Shown: piece by piece, positions 10,971-20,468 of the stretch
Layout of the letters: each line of letters starts with the position of its first letter
How positions within the stretch are numbered: position 1 is the first letter of the stretch
Source of the DNA: a virus
IMG/VR virus record: IMGVR_UViG_3300035105_000276
Span: 1 to 64,000 of that record
DNA: 64,000 nt
Strand: one strand, 5' to 3'
Notes under the pieces: model-generated
What the model saw: only the letters and a program-made list of their open reading frames with translations
What the model was told of the DNA's origin: nothing
The model's database searches: none
Program-made: the position numbers and the translations under genes

Positions 10971-11483
10971 ATGCCTTCCAACTCTCGTTTTTCAGAAACA
11001 ATGGACTTCCCCACAGGGATACTTGAGGTTCGTATCAGAGATCTCAGTGGCCGTATCGTGCAAAAATTCACTGACAGAAATATGATCATGCTGTCCGCCA
11101 AAGTGATACTTGCTTCCCTTATCAGCGGGGACGGGGCCACCACCAGCCCTATCACAAAGATCGCCCTGGGCAATTCACTGGTACCACCCACTCCGGATGA
11201 TAACACCATCGGCGGGGTGTTGACCACCTCATTGATTGCCGGTGCCAACATGGACGGTAGCACTTACCTTGCCCACCTGAAAAGCATTGCCGGGCACACA
11301 TACCCTTCTGCAGGACGGGTGCAGTTCACCTGGGAACTCGGATACGGGGAAGCAAACGGGCTGGCAATTTCAGAGTACGGACTGGTGAGCACGGATAACA
11401 CATTGTTTTCTCGCAAAACCAGAGGCGTTGTAACCAAAGGCAGTGATCTCGCAATCGACGGGGCCTGGACCATCATATTCTAA
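10971..11483 (+). CDS. Tail-collar/fibre attachment protein
   Basis: 'ITKIALGN...GEANGLAISEYGL...LFSRKT' pattern seen in tail-collar fibre N-terminal domains. Confidence 0.6.
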   Translation: MPSNSRFSETMDFPTGILEVRIRDLSGRIVQKFTDRNMIMLSAKVILASLISGDGATTSPITKIALGNSLVPPTPDDNTIGGVLTTSLIAGANMDGSTYLAHLKSIAGHTYPSAGRVQFTWELGYGEANGLAISEYGLVSTDNTLFSRKTRGVVTKGSDLAIDGAWTIIF

Positions 11484-11497
11484 GAGGTTTTTAAGAC

Positions 11498-14400
11498 ATG
11501 GCAAATTTACCTGAATCAGCAGCATTTGACGAAAACGTACATGAGATAGGCACCGACGAATTTGCCATGGGTGGCCCCGGGGGGACTGTGAATATTCCGC
11601 CCGCTACCCTGGCCAGCAGGACTCGGTACATCAAAGAACGGTTTGAAGAAAAACATCTGGCCACCGGTGAGCATGATGCGGACAAGGTTAAAGATGAGCT
11701 GGAAGAAGAACTGGTGGATGCTCAGTTCAATGAGGATGCAGATATTTCAGAGGTAAAGTTGTCTCGGTCCTTTGTCAACCGGCCCAGACCTTCTGGACTG
11801 GGTGTGTACTCCACTTCCCAGGACCTGGTTGATGATTTGAAAACCCTGGAAGTTCAGAAAGCCCATGGGGATCTTCTGCAAAGTGAGATTATTATCAAAA
11901 CCCTGGGCCGCATTTACCAGAATGTGTACGGTACTTCAGGAGATATTTACTCCGGAGGTACCAGTCTTACCGGGTATACTCTGGTGGGAGACGGTGGTTT
12001 ATTCTGCAAGGATGATCCGACGGCGGATTATGCCAATGCCGTGCGTATGGAAGGAGACATCAGAAAGCTGGTGGACCTTTATAATATTCGCCCTGTGACC
12101 ACCCAGAAAGTGACATTCCCTGAAGCTGATGTCGCGTTTGATGAAGACAGAACCGATATCATGTATTTCCGGTGCATTGTCCGCTGCCTGACAGACACAA
12201 ATGAGTTTTACATCCAGGGGAACACACATTCTTCAGTAATTTCCTGGTCTGAATTGACCGATGCTCAGAGACGCACTTACCTGGTGGACAGTGCCCAGAA
12301 TCTGTTTTTAAAAGCAGACAACAAGGTATACCAGGTTCAATATGCCTGGGTGACTGAGGCAGGTAAAAGCACCATGGAAGAGTGCGGGTATTCTGGGGAT
12401 CCTCTAGACGCCATGCTGTATTACAGCGGAGATTATTTTGCAACGCCTATCTGTACGGTGGATCGGCGCAACCAGGGGGCTTTTCACCCTGAGTTCAACC
12501 CGCTTGGATCTGGGTATTTCATGTTTGGGGATAACCCGGCGCTGGATGACATGCGGTTCGAGATTGGAAACTCCAACCAGCTTCTGGCGGATAACAGGGA
12601 TTTTACTGCCTGGACTGCTGCCACAGGTGTAGTGGTGTCCGGGACTTCTGTCACCGGTGCGGATGGTCAGGTCGAGACTTTGACCCATACTATTGAAGGG
12701 GCAGTAGACAGCACTCGGTATGTTTTCTTTGTGGATGTTTCCAAAGCAGCCGGAGACGAGGCGGCCCGGGAATTGGAGATTGCGATCTCCGTGGAGGATG
12801 TATCCGATACGGAGCTGGACTCTGTTGAAGCTACCATTGACCTGACAACGGATATGCAGACAGCTGCTGTTAGTATTAAAACACCTGCTGCTGGTACGGA
12901 TCATCTGATTTTGCACATAGGATCAGGATCTTCATGTGCCTATGCCTTTGAAACTGACTACGCCCGCTGTTCGGAAGATACCATTCCTGCAGCAACTCAA
13001 TATGATATTCAGGCCACCAGCACCAGTGCAAACACCTTTACCCTGACCGGGGATCAGCGGTCCGATTTCCCCATCGGCTGGGACGTTACCCTGTCCGGTA
13101 CTGTCTCAGGATCCGACTCTAACGATGGCACTTTCGCTGTAGTTGGGACTGTCTTCGACGGAACCAACACTGTTATATACGTGTCTCCTGGTTTTACCTA
13201 TAACACCGGTAATACTGGGTCCGCGGAATCCACCCTGTGGCATTACGTGAATTACTGCTACACCCACCAGTCCTACGGCGTGGGTGAAGAAACCACAGGC
13301 AGCATAGGCTCGGGTGTATCCGGCCGGTTCGATGACAAGTACCATGATGAGATCGATGCAGACAGCATTATTGACCAGCGTATCTTCCTGGAAGCCCACG
13401 GGGGCAGCCCTAGAGCAACCTTGAGTGATCCTTTGCTTTCCGGGGCTCCCGGGTCTGCCAATGAAGGTGACATTGTTAACTTGACCATCAGCAACTTTGA
13501 TGACACCCAGACCTATCACATTGCTGTATCCACCGGGACAGTTTCCCGGGCGGACGGGGTTATCACCTGGACCCTGCCTCTGATAGATTCTGACAGCATT
13601 ACTGTTTCTCTTTCCATTTACACGACAAATGACGCAGAAGAATTCTCTAATGTGGTGGTACTTTCCCTGGCAGTTTACAATGTCCCGATTGTGGGGGACG
13701 AGGGCATTGCAGAGCCTGAGTTTATTGAAGCTGACTTCGAGGTATTATCTAATACCGTTGTAGCAGACGGTACCTTGCAGTCAACCTCCCTTGACGGGTA
13801 TGCAGTAACCCTGCCCTATACACAGGAAGTAGGGGACAATGACTGGGCCAAGGCTGCTGCTTCTATTGCTGTAGGCAGCCTGGTGGGTTCTTCACCTATC
13901 ACCGTTGATACCGGGTTGACTAATGTTAGTACACTGGTAGGCGACATTGAGCATGGTAAGTGGGGTGGTGGGCAAGTAGGGGTCAGTATAGGTGGGATTG
14001 ATAAGATTGTTTCTGTACTGTCGGAAAGTTTGGTTGCTGGTGGGGGTTTACAGAGTGGCGTGGAGCATGTTTTCAACGCCGCCAACTCGGACTACATCTC
14101 TGTAACGGCTCTGTCCGACACCAAGGCCCTGGTAGCTTACCGGGATAATGGGAACAGCTCCTATGGCACGGCCTGTGTCCTCACCGTGAACGGAGAAACC
14201 GTCACCCACGGGGCGGAGCATGTTTTCAACGCCGCCGACTCGTACTACATCTCTGTAACGGCTCTATCCGACACCAAGGCCCTGGTAGCTTACCGGGATA
14301 ATGGGAACAGCTACTATGGCACGGCCTGTGTCCTCACCGTGAACGGAGAAACCGTCACCCACGGGGCGGAGCATGTTTTCAACGCCGCCATCTCGTCCTA

Positions 14401-15964
14401 CATCTCTGTAACGGCTCTATCCGACACCAAGGCCCTGGTAGCTTACTGGGATAGTGGGAACATCTCCTATGGCACGGCCTGTGTCCTCACCGTGAACGGA
14501 GAAACCGTCACCCACGGGGCGGAGCATGTTTTCAACGCCGCCGACTCGTACTACATCTCTGTAACGGCTCTGTCCGACACCAAGGCCCTGGTAGCTTACC
14601 GGGATAATGGGAACAGCTCCTATGGCACGGCCTGTGTCCTCACCGTGAACGGAGAAACCGTCACCCACGGGGCGGAGCATGTTTTCAACGCCGCCGACTC
14701 GGACTACACCTCTGTAACGGCTCTGTCCGACACCAAGGCCCTGGTAGCTTACCGGGATGCTGGGAACATCTCCTATGGCACGGCCTGTGTCCTCACCGTG
14801 AACGGAGAAACCGTCACCCACGGGGCGGAGCATGTTTTCAACGCCGCCAACTCGTCCTACATCTCTGTAACGGCTCTATCCGACACCAAGGCCCTGGTAG
14901 CTTACTGGGATGGTGGGAACAGCTCCTATGGCACGGCCTGTGTCCTCACCGTGAACGGAGAAACCGTCACCCACGGGGCGGAGCATGTTTTCAACGCCGC
15001 CAACTCGTCCTACATCTCTGTAACGGCTCTATCCGACACCAAGGCCCTGGTAGCTTACTGGGATGGTGGGAACAGCTACTATGGCACGGCCTGTGTAATC
15101 CAAATGGGACCAGACACCCTAACCCTCACCATCCCCTCTCAGCCATCAGCCCCCACAGCAGCATGGAAACCCACCCTGCCCATCCCCGAATCCCTCCTCG
15201 GAGCGGACCTGACCGTTCAGGCCTCCATTCCCGGAGCTTCCTACACAGGTACCTTCTTACCTGCTGTTTACGGGTTGGCCGGGACGGAGACGGAGTACTT
15301 GCCCTACGAGGATCTTTCGTTAGCGGTGGACACTGTTGCGACGACGGAAAGCATGGTTGTGGGAGTGCATTCCCGGAATGATTTGTGGGATTCTGGTTCA
15401 CCAGGTAACAATACAATTGGTATCACGGTTGGAGGCACTGAATTACTGGTGGATGCACTTGACGTAAGCAAGGTTACCGGGGCTGAAAGTACTGAGTATA
15501 CTATTACTATAGCAACCCAGCCCACACCCCCGACAGCAGCATGGAAACCCTCCGCGCTCCTTCCCCCCGTACCTCTCTCTGTAGATGCGGGGTTGACCAC
15601 TGTGGATACGGTGGTCGGGGCCACTTCCAATCCGCGTGTGTTACTAGGACGGGACAAGGTTGAGCTGGATACGGGCATTGCTAATATCCTGACAGGGGAA
15701 ATCACTGGAGCTGGGCCTGTGTACACAGTAACCATAACAGTTCCAACCCAGTCGGTGATACCGACAGCTGCCACCCTCATCGGCAACCAGCTGCTCCCAT
15801 CCACCCTGTCTTACGACAAGGCCCTGGATAAGTATACGGTTGAATACACCGACCAAGATCTCCTTGAGGTGGGAAGTGTGCGGCAGCTGAAGCTTGGATT
15901 CTCCAACCTGGATGCTGATACCAAGGTCAATGGCCTGATCGTGGATCTCTTGCGCATATACTAA
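11498..15964 (+). CDS. Tail fibre protein 2 / receptor-binding protein with a 7-repeat (probable beta-propeller) domain
   Basis: N-terminal ~700 aa paralogous to fibre 1 (MANLPES..., RRNQGAFH); seven 51-aa repeats. Confidence 0.8.
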   Translation: MANLPESAAFDENVHEIGTDEFAMGGPGGTVNIPPATLASRTRYIKERFEEKHLATGEHDADKVKDELEEELVDAQFNEDADISEVKLSRSFVNRPRPSGLGVYSTSQDLVDDLKTLEVQKAHGDLLQSEIIIKTLGRIYQNVYGTSGDIYSGGTSLTGYTLVGDGGLFCKDDPTADYANAVRMEGDIRKLVDLYNIRPVTTQKVTFPEADVAFDEDRTDIMYFRCIVRCLTDTNEFYIQGNTHSSVISWSELTDAQRRTYLVDSAQNLFLKADNKVYQVQYAWVTEAGKSTMEECGYSGDPLDAMLYYSGDYFATPICTVDRRNQGAFHPEFNPLGSGYFMFGDNPALDDMRFEIGNSNQLLADNRDFTAWTAATGVVVSGTSVTGADGQVETLTHTIEGAVDSTRYVFFVDVSKAAGDEAARELEIAISVEDVSDTELDSVEATIDLTTDMQTAAVSIKTPAAGTDHLILHIGSGSSCAYAFETDYARCSEDTIPAATQYDIQATSTSANTFTLTGDQRSDFPIGWDVTLSGTVSGSDSNDGTFAVVGTVFDGTNTVIYVSPGFTYNTGNTGSAESTLWHYVNYCYTHQSYGVGEETTGSIGSGVSGRFDDKYHDEIDADSIIDQRIFLEAHGGSPRATLSDPLLSGAPGSANEGDIVNLTISNFDDTQTYHIAVSTGTVSRADGVITWTLPLIDSDSITVSLSIYTTNDAEEFSNVVVLSLAVYNVPIVGDEGIAEPEFIEADFEVLSNTVVADGTLQSTSLDGYAVTLPYTQEVGDNDWAKAAASIAVGSLVGSSPITVDTGLTNVSTLVGDIEHGKWGGGQVGVSIGGIDKIVSVLSESLVAGGGLQSGVEHVFNAANSDYISVTALSDTKALVAYRDNGNSSYGTACVLTVNGETVTHGAEHVFNAADSYYISVTALSDTKALVAYRDNGNSYYGTACVLTVNGETVTHGAEHVFNAAISSYISVTALSDTKALVAYWDSGNISYGTACVLTVNGETVTHGAEHVFNAADSYYISVTALSDTKALVAYRDNGNSSYGTACVLTVNGETVTHGAEHVFNAADSDYTSVTALSDTKALVAYRDAGNISYGTACVLTVNGETVTHGAEHVFNAANSSYISVTALSDTKALVAYWDGGNSSYGTACVLTVNGETVTHGAEHVFNAANSSYISVTALSDTKALVAYWDGGNSYYGTACVIQMGPDTLTLTIPSQPSAPTAAWKPTLPIPESLLGADLTVQASIPGASYTGTFLPAVYGLAGTETEYLPYEDLSLAVDTVATTESMVVGVHSRNDLWDSGSPGNNTIGITVGGTELLVDALDVSKVTGAESTEYTITIATQPTPPTAAWKPSALLPPVPLSVDAGLTTVDTVVGATSNPRVLLGRDKVELDTGIANILTGEITGAGPVYTVTITVPTQSVIPTAATLIGNQLLPSTLSYDKALDKYTVEYTDQDLLEVGSVRQLKLGFSNLDADTKVNGLIVDLLRIY
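14062..15096 (+). repeat. Tandem array of ~6.8 x 153-bp near-identical coding repeats
   Basis: The 'tgttttcaacgccgcc' anchor recurs at 14068, 14221, 14374, 14527, 14680, 14833 and 14986; only 11 variable nucleotide positions per unit. Confidence 0.97.
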
Positions 15965-16058
15965 CAGATAACAGCAGCATGCTTTCTTCACTGTAGGGGG
16001 GCACGCTGCTTTCATAGAAACTTAAAAAGAAACTTTAATATACTGGAGCATTTAGCAT

Positions 16059-16484
16059 ATGAAAACAGGACTTCAAAAAGTAGGCAGAATCTACAAAAAA
16101 ACCTATATCGACCCCGCAACGGACTCTGAAAAATACGACCGCAAAGCCAAGGCCCGCTACCGCATCCAGACCGAGGTAAACCCCGGGGAAGAGTATGATG
16201 TATTTGACATTGTGGCTGACCTGGCCAAGCGGCTGAACATCCTGGAAAGGGGCATGGTACTGCTCATGGATGACATGAAAACCAAAGGCGTTCTCCCGGA
16301 AATTATAGAGACAAATTACGTGCAGATAATTGATGAGTACCTTGGGGCTCTTGCTGCGGGCCAGTACAAGGCCAGAACTGACCTGGCAGCAGACAATGAT
16401 GCTACCTTTACGGAGCTGATGCGAAGGGATAGTGCTGTGACTCAGATTCTGGCGGAATGTGGGTATGACGAGCTTGCCGAATAA
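16059..16484 (+). CDS. Hypothetical protein (possible fibre assembly chaperone)
   Basis: 141-aa ORF with GGAG SD directly after the fibre gene. Confidence 0.55.
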   Translation: MKTGLQKVGRIYKKTYIDPATDSEKYDRKAKARYRIQTEVNPGEEYDVFDIVADLAKRLNILERGMVLLMDDMKTKGVLPEIIETNYVQIIDEYLGALAAGQYKARTDLAADNDATFTELMRRDSAVTQILAECGYDELAE

Positions 16485-16688
16485 TCTCAGAGTGGACCCT
16501 GATAAGGTGGAGTACCAGAAGCCGGCCAAGGCGCTCCACCATTTTTACCAGGATGTTGTGGGAGCCTTGAGAAGCAGTCCCGGCAAATTGGTGCAGGTGA
16601 CTCAGAAAGGAACTTTAAAGGACATAGCTAAAAAAATACTGGTGAGTCCCGTTCCTAAGTAAATATTTCTTTTACCACGAATATCTGT

Positions 16689-16721
16689 AAAAATGGCCCT
16701 TAAAACAGGGCCATTTTCTTT
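16689..16721. terminator. Bidirectional terminator between convergent operons
   Basis: aaaatggccct-taaaac-agggccatttt with A/T flanks. Confidence 0.75.
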
Positions 16722-16781
16722 GATACAGATTAAATTAGACCACTAGGTCCGGGGAAAATCCAGGGCCTTTAAGGGTTGTTT

Positions 16782-17156
16782 TTAAGCGTTTTTAGCAAGC
16801 TCCGGCTCGGAGTCCTGTGGTTTCTGCTTCTTGGCCCTCATATCAGGCAGGTCATACAGGCTCCAGTACTTCAAAAACATGTCAATCACCGGATGTTCAC
16901 TTTTTTCAGTCAAAGAGGCTTCTACTACTGTACACAAAAACGTATGGTTTTTCTGAATAGAGGTGGTACTGTCTCTCCCAAAACTGGGCCCGATCAAATC
17001 TCCGGACAATGGCATGGGCACCAGGTATCGGGTATCCTCTGAAGGTGAGACCAAAGTAGAAGGGTATCCCAGATAAATAGAGGATTCATCCTCTTTCATG
17101 TGTTCCCCGATCAAGGGCTCTCCTATTCCTGGAATCAGAATAATCGCTACTTGCAT
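16782..17156 (-). CDS. Hypothetical protein
   Basis: ORF overlapping the RuvC stop; likely start MQVAII. Confidence 0.55.
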   Translation of the reverse strand: MQVAIILIPGIGEPLIGEHMKEDESSIYLGYPSTLVSPSEDTRYLVPMPLSGDLIGPSFGRDSTTSIQKNHTFLCTVVEASLTEKSEHPVIDMFLKYWSLYDLPDMRAKKQKPQDSEPELAKNA

Positions 17157-17797
17157 TTTGTCATCCTTTCTGCGCACATCTCCAGGCGCAGTCTTAAATT
17201 GTTCTTGTTTCCGTCTTTTTCAAACTTCATTACCTGGGCCGGGCAGTTGGAGTACCAGGCGAATTTGGCTAAAAAATAAGCATCACATAAATCAGAAGTT
17301 GTCTCTGCCAGGCAGGGCTCTTCAAGTGCTGCCTGGCTCATCACGGGTTCTTTTTCTTTACAGTCCCCCCGCCCCAGGGCAAATTTCTTCACTTCCATAG
17401 GGGACACCATAATAAAATCCACGAATCTGGCCGGCAGGTTGGCCAGGGTACATTTTAAAACGCCCCCCAGCTCCCCCAGGGAAAAAGCCCGGTTCAGGGA
17501 ATCAAAGCTGTAGTCCTCATACCCGACGCTTATCATCCCGTAATATTTGTGAGGCAGCACTCCTTGAATCTCGTATTCAATGGTCCTGGAAATCAGGTAT
17601 AACCGGTTTATCTGGCCGGCAGGGCTGTTCCTATCTTTAGAGCTGAGCTTGTGCCAGTCTTTCAGCACGTACCTGGTTTCAATAGAATGCACCACATCTC
17701 CGTGTGTGTTTAATAAAATCACCCCTGTGTTGGTCAGCGATGGGTCCACCCCGACAATTAAATCATCATTTGCTTTGAGTTTTTTCATGGCAGGCAT
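17147..17797 (-). CDS. ruvC: RuvC-like Holliday junction resolvase
   Basis: 'IVGVDPSLTNTG', 'YEDYSF', 'VKKFALGRG' and 'DLCDAYFLA' give the D-E-D-D catalytic pattern. Confidence 0.85.
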   Translation of the reverse strand: MPAMKKLKANDDLIVGVDPSLTNTGVILLNTHGDVVHSIETRYVLKDWHKLSSKDRNSPAGQINRLYLISRTIEYEIQGVLPHKYYGMISVGYEDYSFDSLNRAFSLGELGGVLKCTLANLPARFVDFIMVSPMEVKKFALGRGDCKEKEPVMSQAALEEPCLAETTSDLCDAYFLAKFAWYSNCPAQVMKFEKDGNKNNLRLRLEMCAERMTKCK

Positions 17798-18093
17798 TTT
17801 GGAATTATCGTCCCTCTGTTTGTCTGTTCATACTCTTTCCCTCTGTCGGATCGCAGTATCACATCGATCTGCTGAGTTACTTTCCCAAATTCGATGTACA
17901 GCAGATTCCCGCATTGAAGGCAGGACCATGTCAATGGGGCAATATCCCTAGCCCACTGGCTTTTCCCACATTTTCTGCAAGGGCCGCTCGGTACAATCGA
18001 TTCCAGTTTATCGTCTGTTGTAATGCGAAGCAGATCCAGGGTAGAGCGTTTATGCTTCTGAAGTGGTGCCGGTTTGCGTTTGTCGTAATTCAC
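17785..18093 (-). CDS. Small zinc-ribbon protein
   Basis: CRKC...WSCLQCG. Confidence 0.6.
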   Translation of the reverse strand: MNYDKRKPAPLQKHKRSTLDLLRITTDDKLESIVPSGPCRKCGKSQWARDIAPLTWSCLQCGNLLYIEFGKVTQQIDVILRSDRGKEYEQTNRGTIIPKCLP

Positions 18094-18183
18094 AGGAAAA
18101 ATCCCCCAATGTTAAGTAGTCAGCTTTGTTCACTTTACCTAACATTGGGGTATTTATCGGAAAAGTTAATACTAGTTTTTTAT

Positions 18184-19566
18184 CTATATTACACTTTCTT
18201 CCTCCTCTAGAGAAAACTCGTTCTCCGCGTTCAGTATTGAACACATTTTTTCTTTGAAATTTTCCAGACTTTCTGTTTTATTCTTATACTGCTTCAAAAT
18301 GTGCAGAGCTTCAGGGGCGAGTACCCGGCTGTGGTAAACCTCTTTGGGCTCCAACTGGTTATCCAGTTCCCATTTAAACGTGGACACCCACTCAGCCCGG
18401 TTGTCCAGCTCAACAGTTTTGTATACCCCAGTGTACAGCCGATTCGTGTGGCACTCGTACAACTCTTTTGCCACGGTCAGAAGTTTATCCAGCTGCAGTC
18501 CATGCTCCCAGTTAATACTGCCCACATAGGAAACCATCCCCCTGGCCACCATTATGAACCGTTCAACATCTCTTTCATCCTGGATATGTTCCGGCAGATC
18601 TTCGTCATCGTCCGGGTTGAAGGGTCTGCCCCGGTCATTCCAGTAGTTCCTGGCAGCAATGTCCATTCCGCACCGGCAGGCATTGAACAGTGTGCTCCTC
18701 CAGGTACTTAGCGTAGCCTTATCCACCCGGGCCCTTTTGTTTAAAACAATGCCCAGAGCTCTCTGGTTTCTTTTGGGGTGGTTATTGGGTATGGTTGCCC
18801 AGTGATGCGTCCAGAACCTGTTCTTTGCCAGGGTGTCTTTTACAAACTGTTTGTACTCTTTGAATACTTCAATGGGTACGGTTTTGTTGTCAGGGTAATC
18901 CACCCACAGAAACACATTGTCAGAGTATCTGGCATAGATGAACTCGGCATAAGGGAACTGTCCTTTCTTACCCTCAATCCACTCCAGTATGGGCACATCA
19001 ATGTATTTGTACCCCACCAGGTTACTGATTGCGGGGCTTGCGGCACTTCCCTGCTGCAATGTGTTAATCACCTGCCCGGTCTTCGGCAGAGTTCTTTTCA
19101 CTGTGCACAAATAAGATACCAACTGGGCTCCCAGCCGTTGGAACCCATGGTCCATCAGGGTTTCTTTAATATGTCGATAAGATACGTGATCGTAATATTT
19201 TTTAACATCAAACTGCACCTGGTACTTTTTGTCCACGTTTCTGGAGAACACCTTGGCTGCGTTTACCCCTTTCATGTAGGCCACCACTTTGGTTTCATCC
19301 AGCTCTTTTTCACAGATCCCGCTTAAAATAGCTCCGATGCGCTCCTGAATACTGGATAAAGGAGAATCAGATTTATACACGTACCGCCTCTTTCTCCCAT
19401 CCACCAGGCACTTTTTGTGCTGCAACGAGTCCCGTTCTCTTTTGGCATAAGAGATATACCGGGTCTGAATGCCCAGCTGAATGGCCAGATCGTGCCAGGT
19501 ATTAATCAAGTGTACTGCGGGTGCATCGATATCGAATGCATCTGCATCAAAGCTGTATTTACGCAT
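18184..19566 (-). CDS. Retron-like reverse transcriptase with atypical YSDN motif
   Basis: 'AYMKG', 'QFDVKKYYDHV', 'LQQGSAASPAISNL', 'YARYSDNVFL' and 'NQRALGIVLN' (equivalent of retron QxVTGLVVN). Confidence 0.9.
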   Translation of the reverse strand: MRKYSFDADAFDIDAPAVHLINTWHDLAIQLGIQTRYISYAKRERDSLQHKKCLVDGRKRRYVYKSDSPLSSIQERIGAILSGICEKELDETKVVAYMKGVNAAKVFSRNVDKKYQVQFDVKKYYDHVSYRHIKETLMDHGFQRLGAQLVSYLCTVKRTLPKTGQVINTLQQGSAASPAISNLVGYKYIDVPILEWIEGKKGQFPYAEFIYARYSDNVFLWVDYPDNKTVPIEVFKEYKQFVKDTLAKNRFWTHHWATIPNNHPKRNQRALGIVLNKRARVDKATLSTWRSTLFNACRCGMDIAARNYWNDRGRPFNPDDDEDLPEHIQDERDVERFIMVARGMVSYVGSINWEHGLQLDKLLTVAKELYECHTNRLYTGVYKTVELDNRAEWVSTFKWELDNQLEPKEVYHSRVLAPEALHILKQYKNKTESLENFKEKMCSILNAENEFSLEEEESVI

Positions 19567-20299
19567 GGGTCACCCCCTGCATGTTGGTAGTCATCCCCTG
19601 ATCCAGCAGGGTTGTGGTCAGCCAGGCTTCAACCTCTTTTTGTTTCTTGGTTAACCTCTTTTTATCGTTTGTACTGCCCCGGTTGAACAGCTTACCGTTT
19701 GTGGGGTAATCCAGCCAAGCCCCATAAATGCATACATTTTTCACAGGAAAATGGTCGTACCACCTGAGAATGCCATACCCACCGGACGGTGTCTGCACAG
19801 AGGCTGTTTCAGCCGGCAGCCTCACCCCTGCAAACCGGTACTGCCTGTTACGAATTTTAATAATCGGAATCATCAGCATGTAATCCTCCATATTCTTTTC
19901 TACCCAGGAGATAAACTCTTCCGGGTAAATCCTTACATCCAGCAGAATATTCGGATTTGTAAGGTTTCCGTAATGGGCATTGCTCTGTGCTTCCAGGTGG
20001 CACAAAGCAAATGCCGGGAATTTGGCAGCCAGTTTTTTATAGTTACTGCCTGAGTATAGCCATTGTCTGTGTACAAAATACAGGTTGTAAAATATCCGGT
20101 ACCTTCCTGCTCCAGGCGCCAACCCCTCATCCTGATCCAGCTGCCAGTTCACTAAAATATCTTTGGTTGGTAAATCGGATGTGACTGTGGGGGTTTCTTC
20201 GATCAGAAACTCCCCTGGGGTCGTGCCCACATCCAGGTGACTGTAAATTGAATTTGAGTCTTTGTACTCTGCCTGCATTGATTGGGTGTTTGAATCCAT
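19559..20299 (-). CDS. Hypothetical RT-partner protein
   Basis: 246-aa ORF whose end overlaps the RT start by 8 nt, suggesting translational coupling; SD AAGGAAGG. Confidence 0.7.
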   Translation of the reverse strand: MDSNTQSMQAEYKDSNSIYSHLDVGTTPGEFLIEETPTVTSDLPTKDILVNWQLDQDEGLAPGAGRYRIFYNLYFVHRQWLYSGSNYKKLAAKFPAFALCHLEAQSNAHYGNLTNPNILLDVRIYPEEFISWVEKNMEDYMLMIPIIKIRNRQYRFAGVRLPAETASVQTPSGGYGILRWYDHFPVKNVCIYGAWLDYPTNGKLFNRGSTNDKKRLTKKQKEVEAWLTTTLLDQGMTTNMQGVTHA

Positions 20300-20380
20300 T
20301 TTGAATCCTTCCTTTTATTTGGGTTTTTGGATGAATTGCCCAAGTATGGGCAGTTTTCTGTATCTGTTAAGAGTCTTTTC

Positions 20381-20419
20381 ACTTCACTTTGCCCTGTGGG
20401 TCTCCCATTCTTTGATAGA
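20381..20419 (+). promoter_or_regulatory. Putative phage late promoter, copy 3 (ACTTCACT-N16-CCATTCTTTGATAGA)
   Basis: Upstream of the terminase operon; same spacing as the other copies. Confidence 0.6.
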
Positions 20420-20468
20420 AATTAGGACTTGATTGAACTTTCATATACTTTTTACAGGAATACCGACC

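Noticed and set aside
14062-15096. CRISPR array
   Set aside because: These are in-frame 153-bp coding repeats with no unique spacers.
18184-19566. Group II intron maturase
   Set aside because: There is no flanking intron RNA (the gene is packed between ORFs), and the motifs are retron-like.
14062-20299. Canonical DGR (RT + Avd + TR + tail-fibre VR)
   Set aside because: No template copy of the repeat was found in the window. The RT has retron-type QG..SP..SN rather than the DGR-type GNLTSQ motif, and the partner does not look like Avd.
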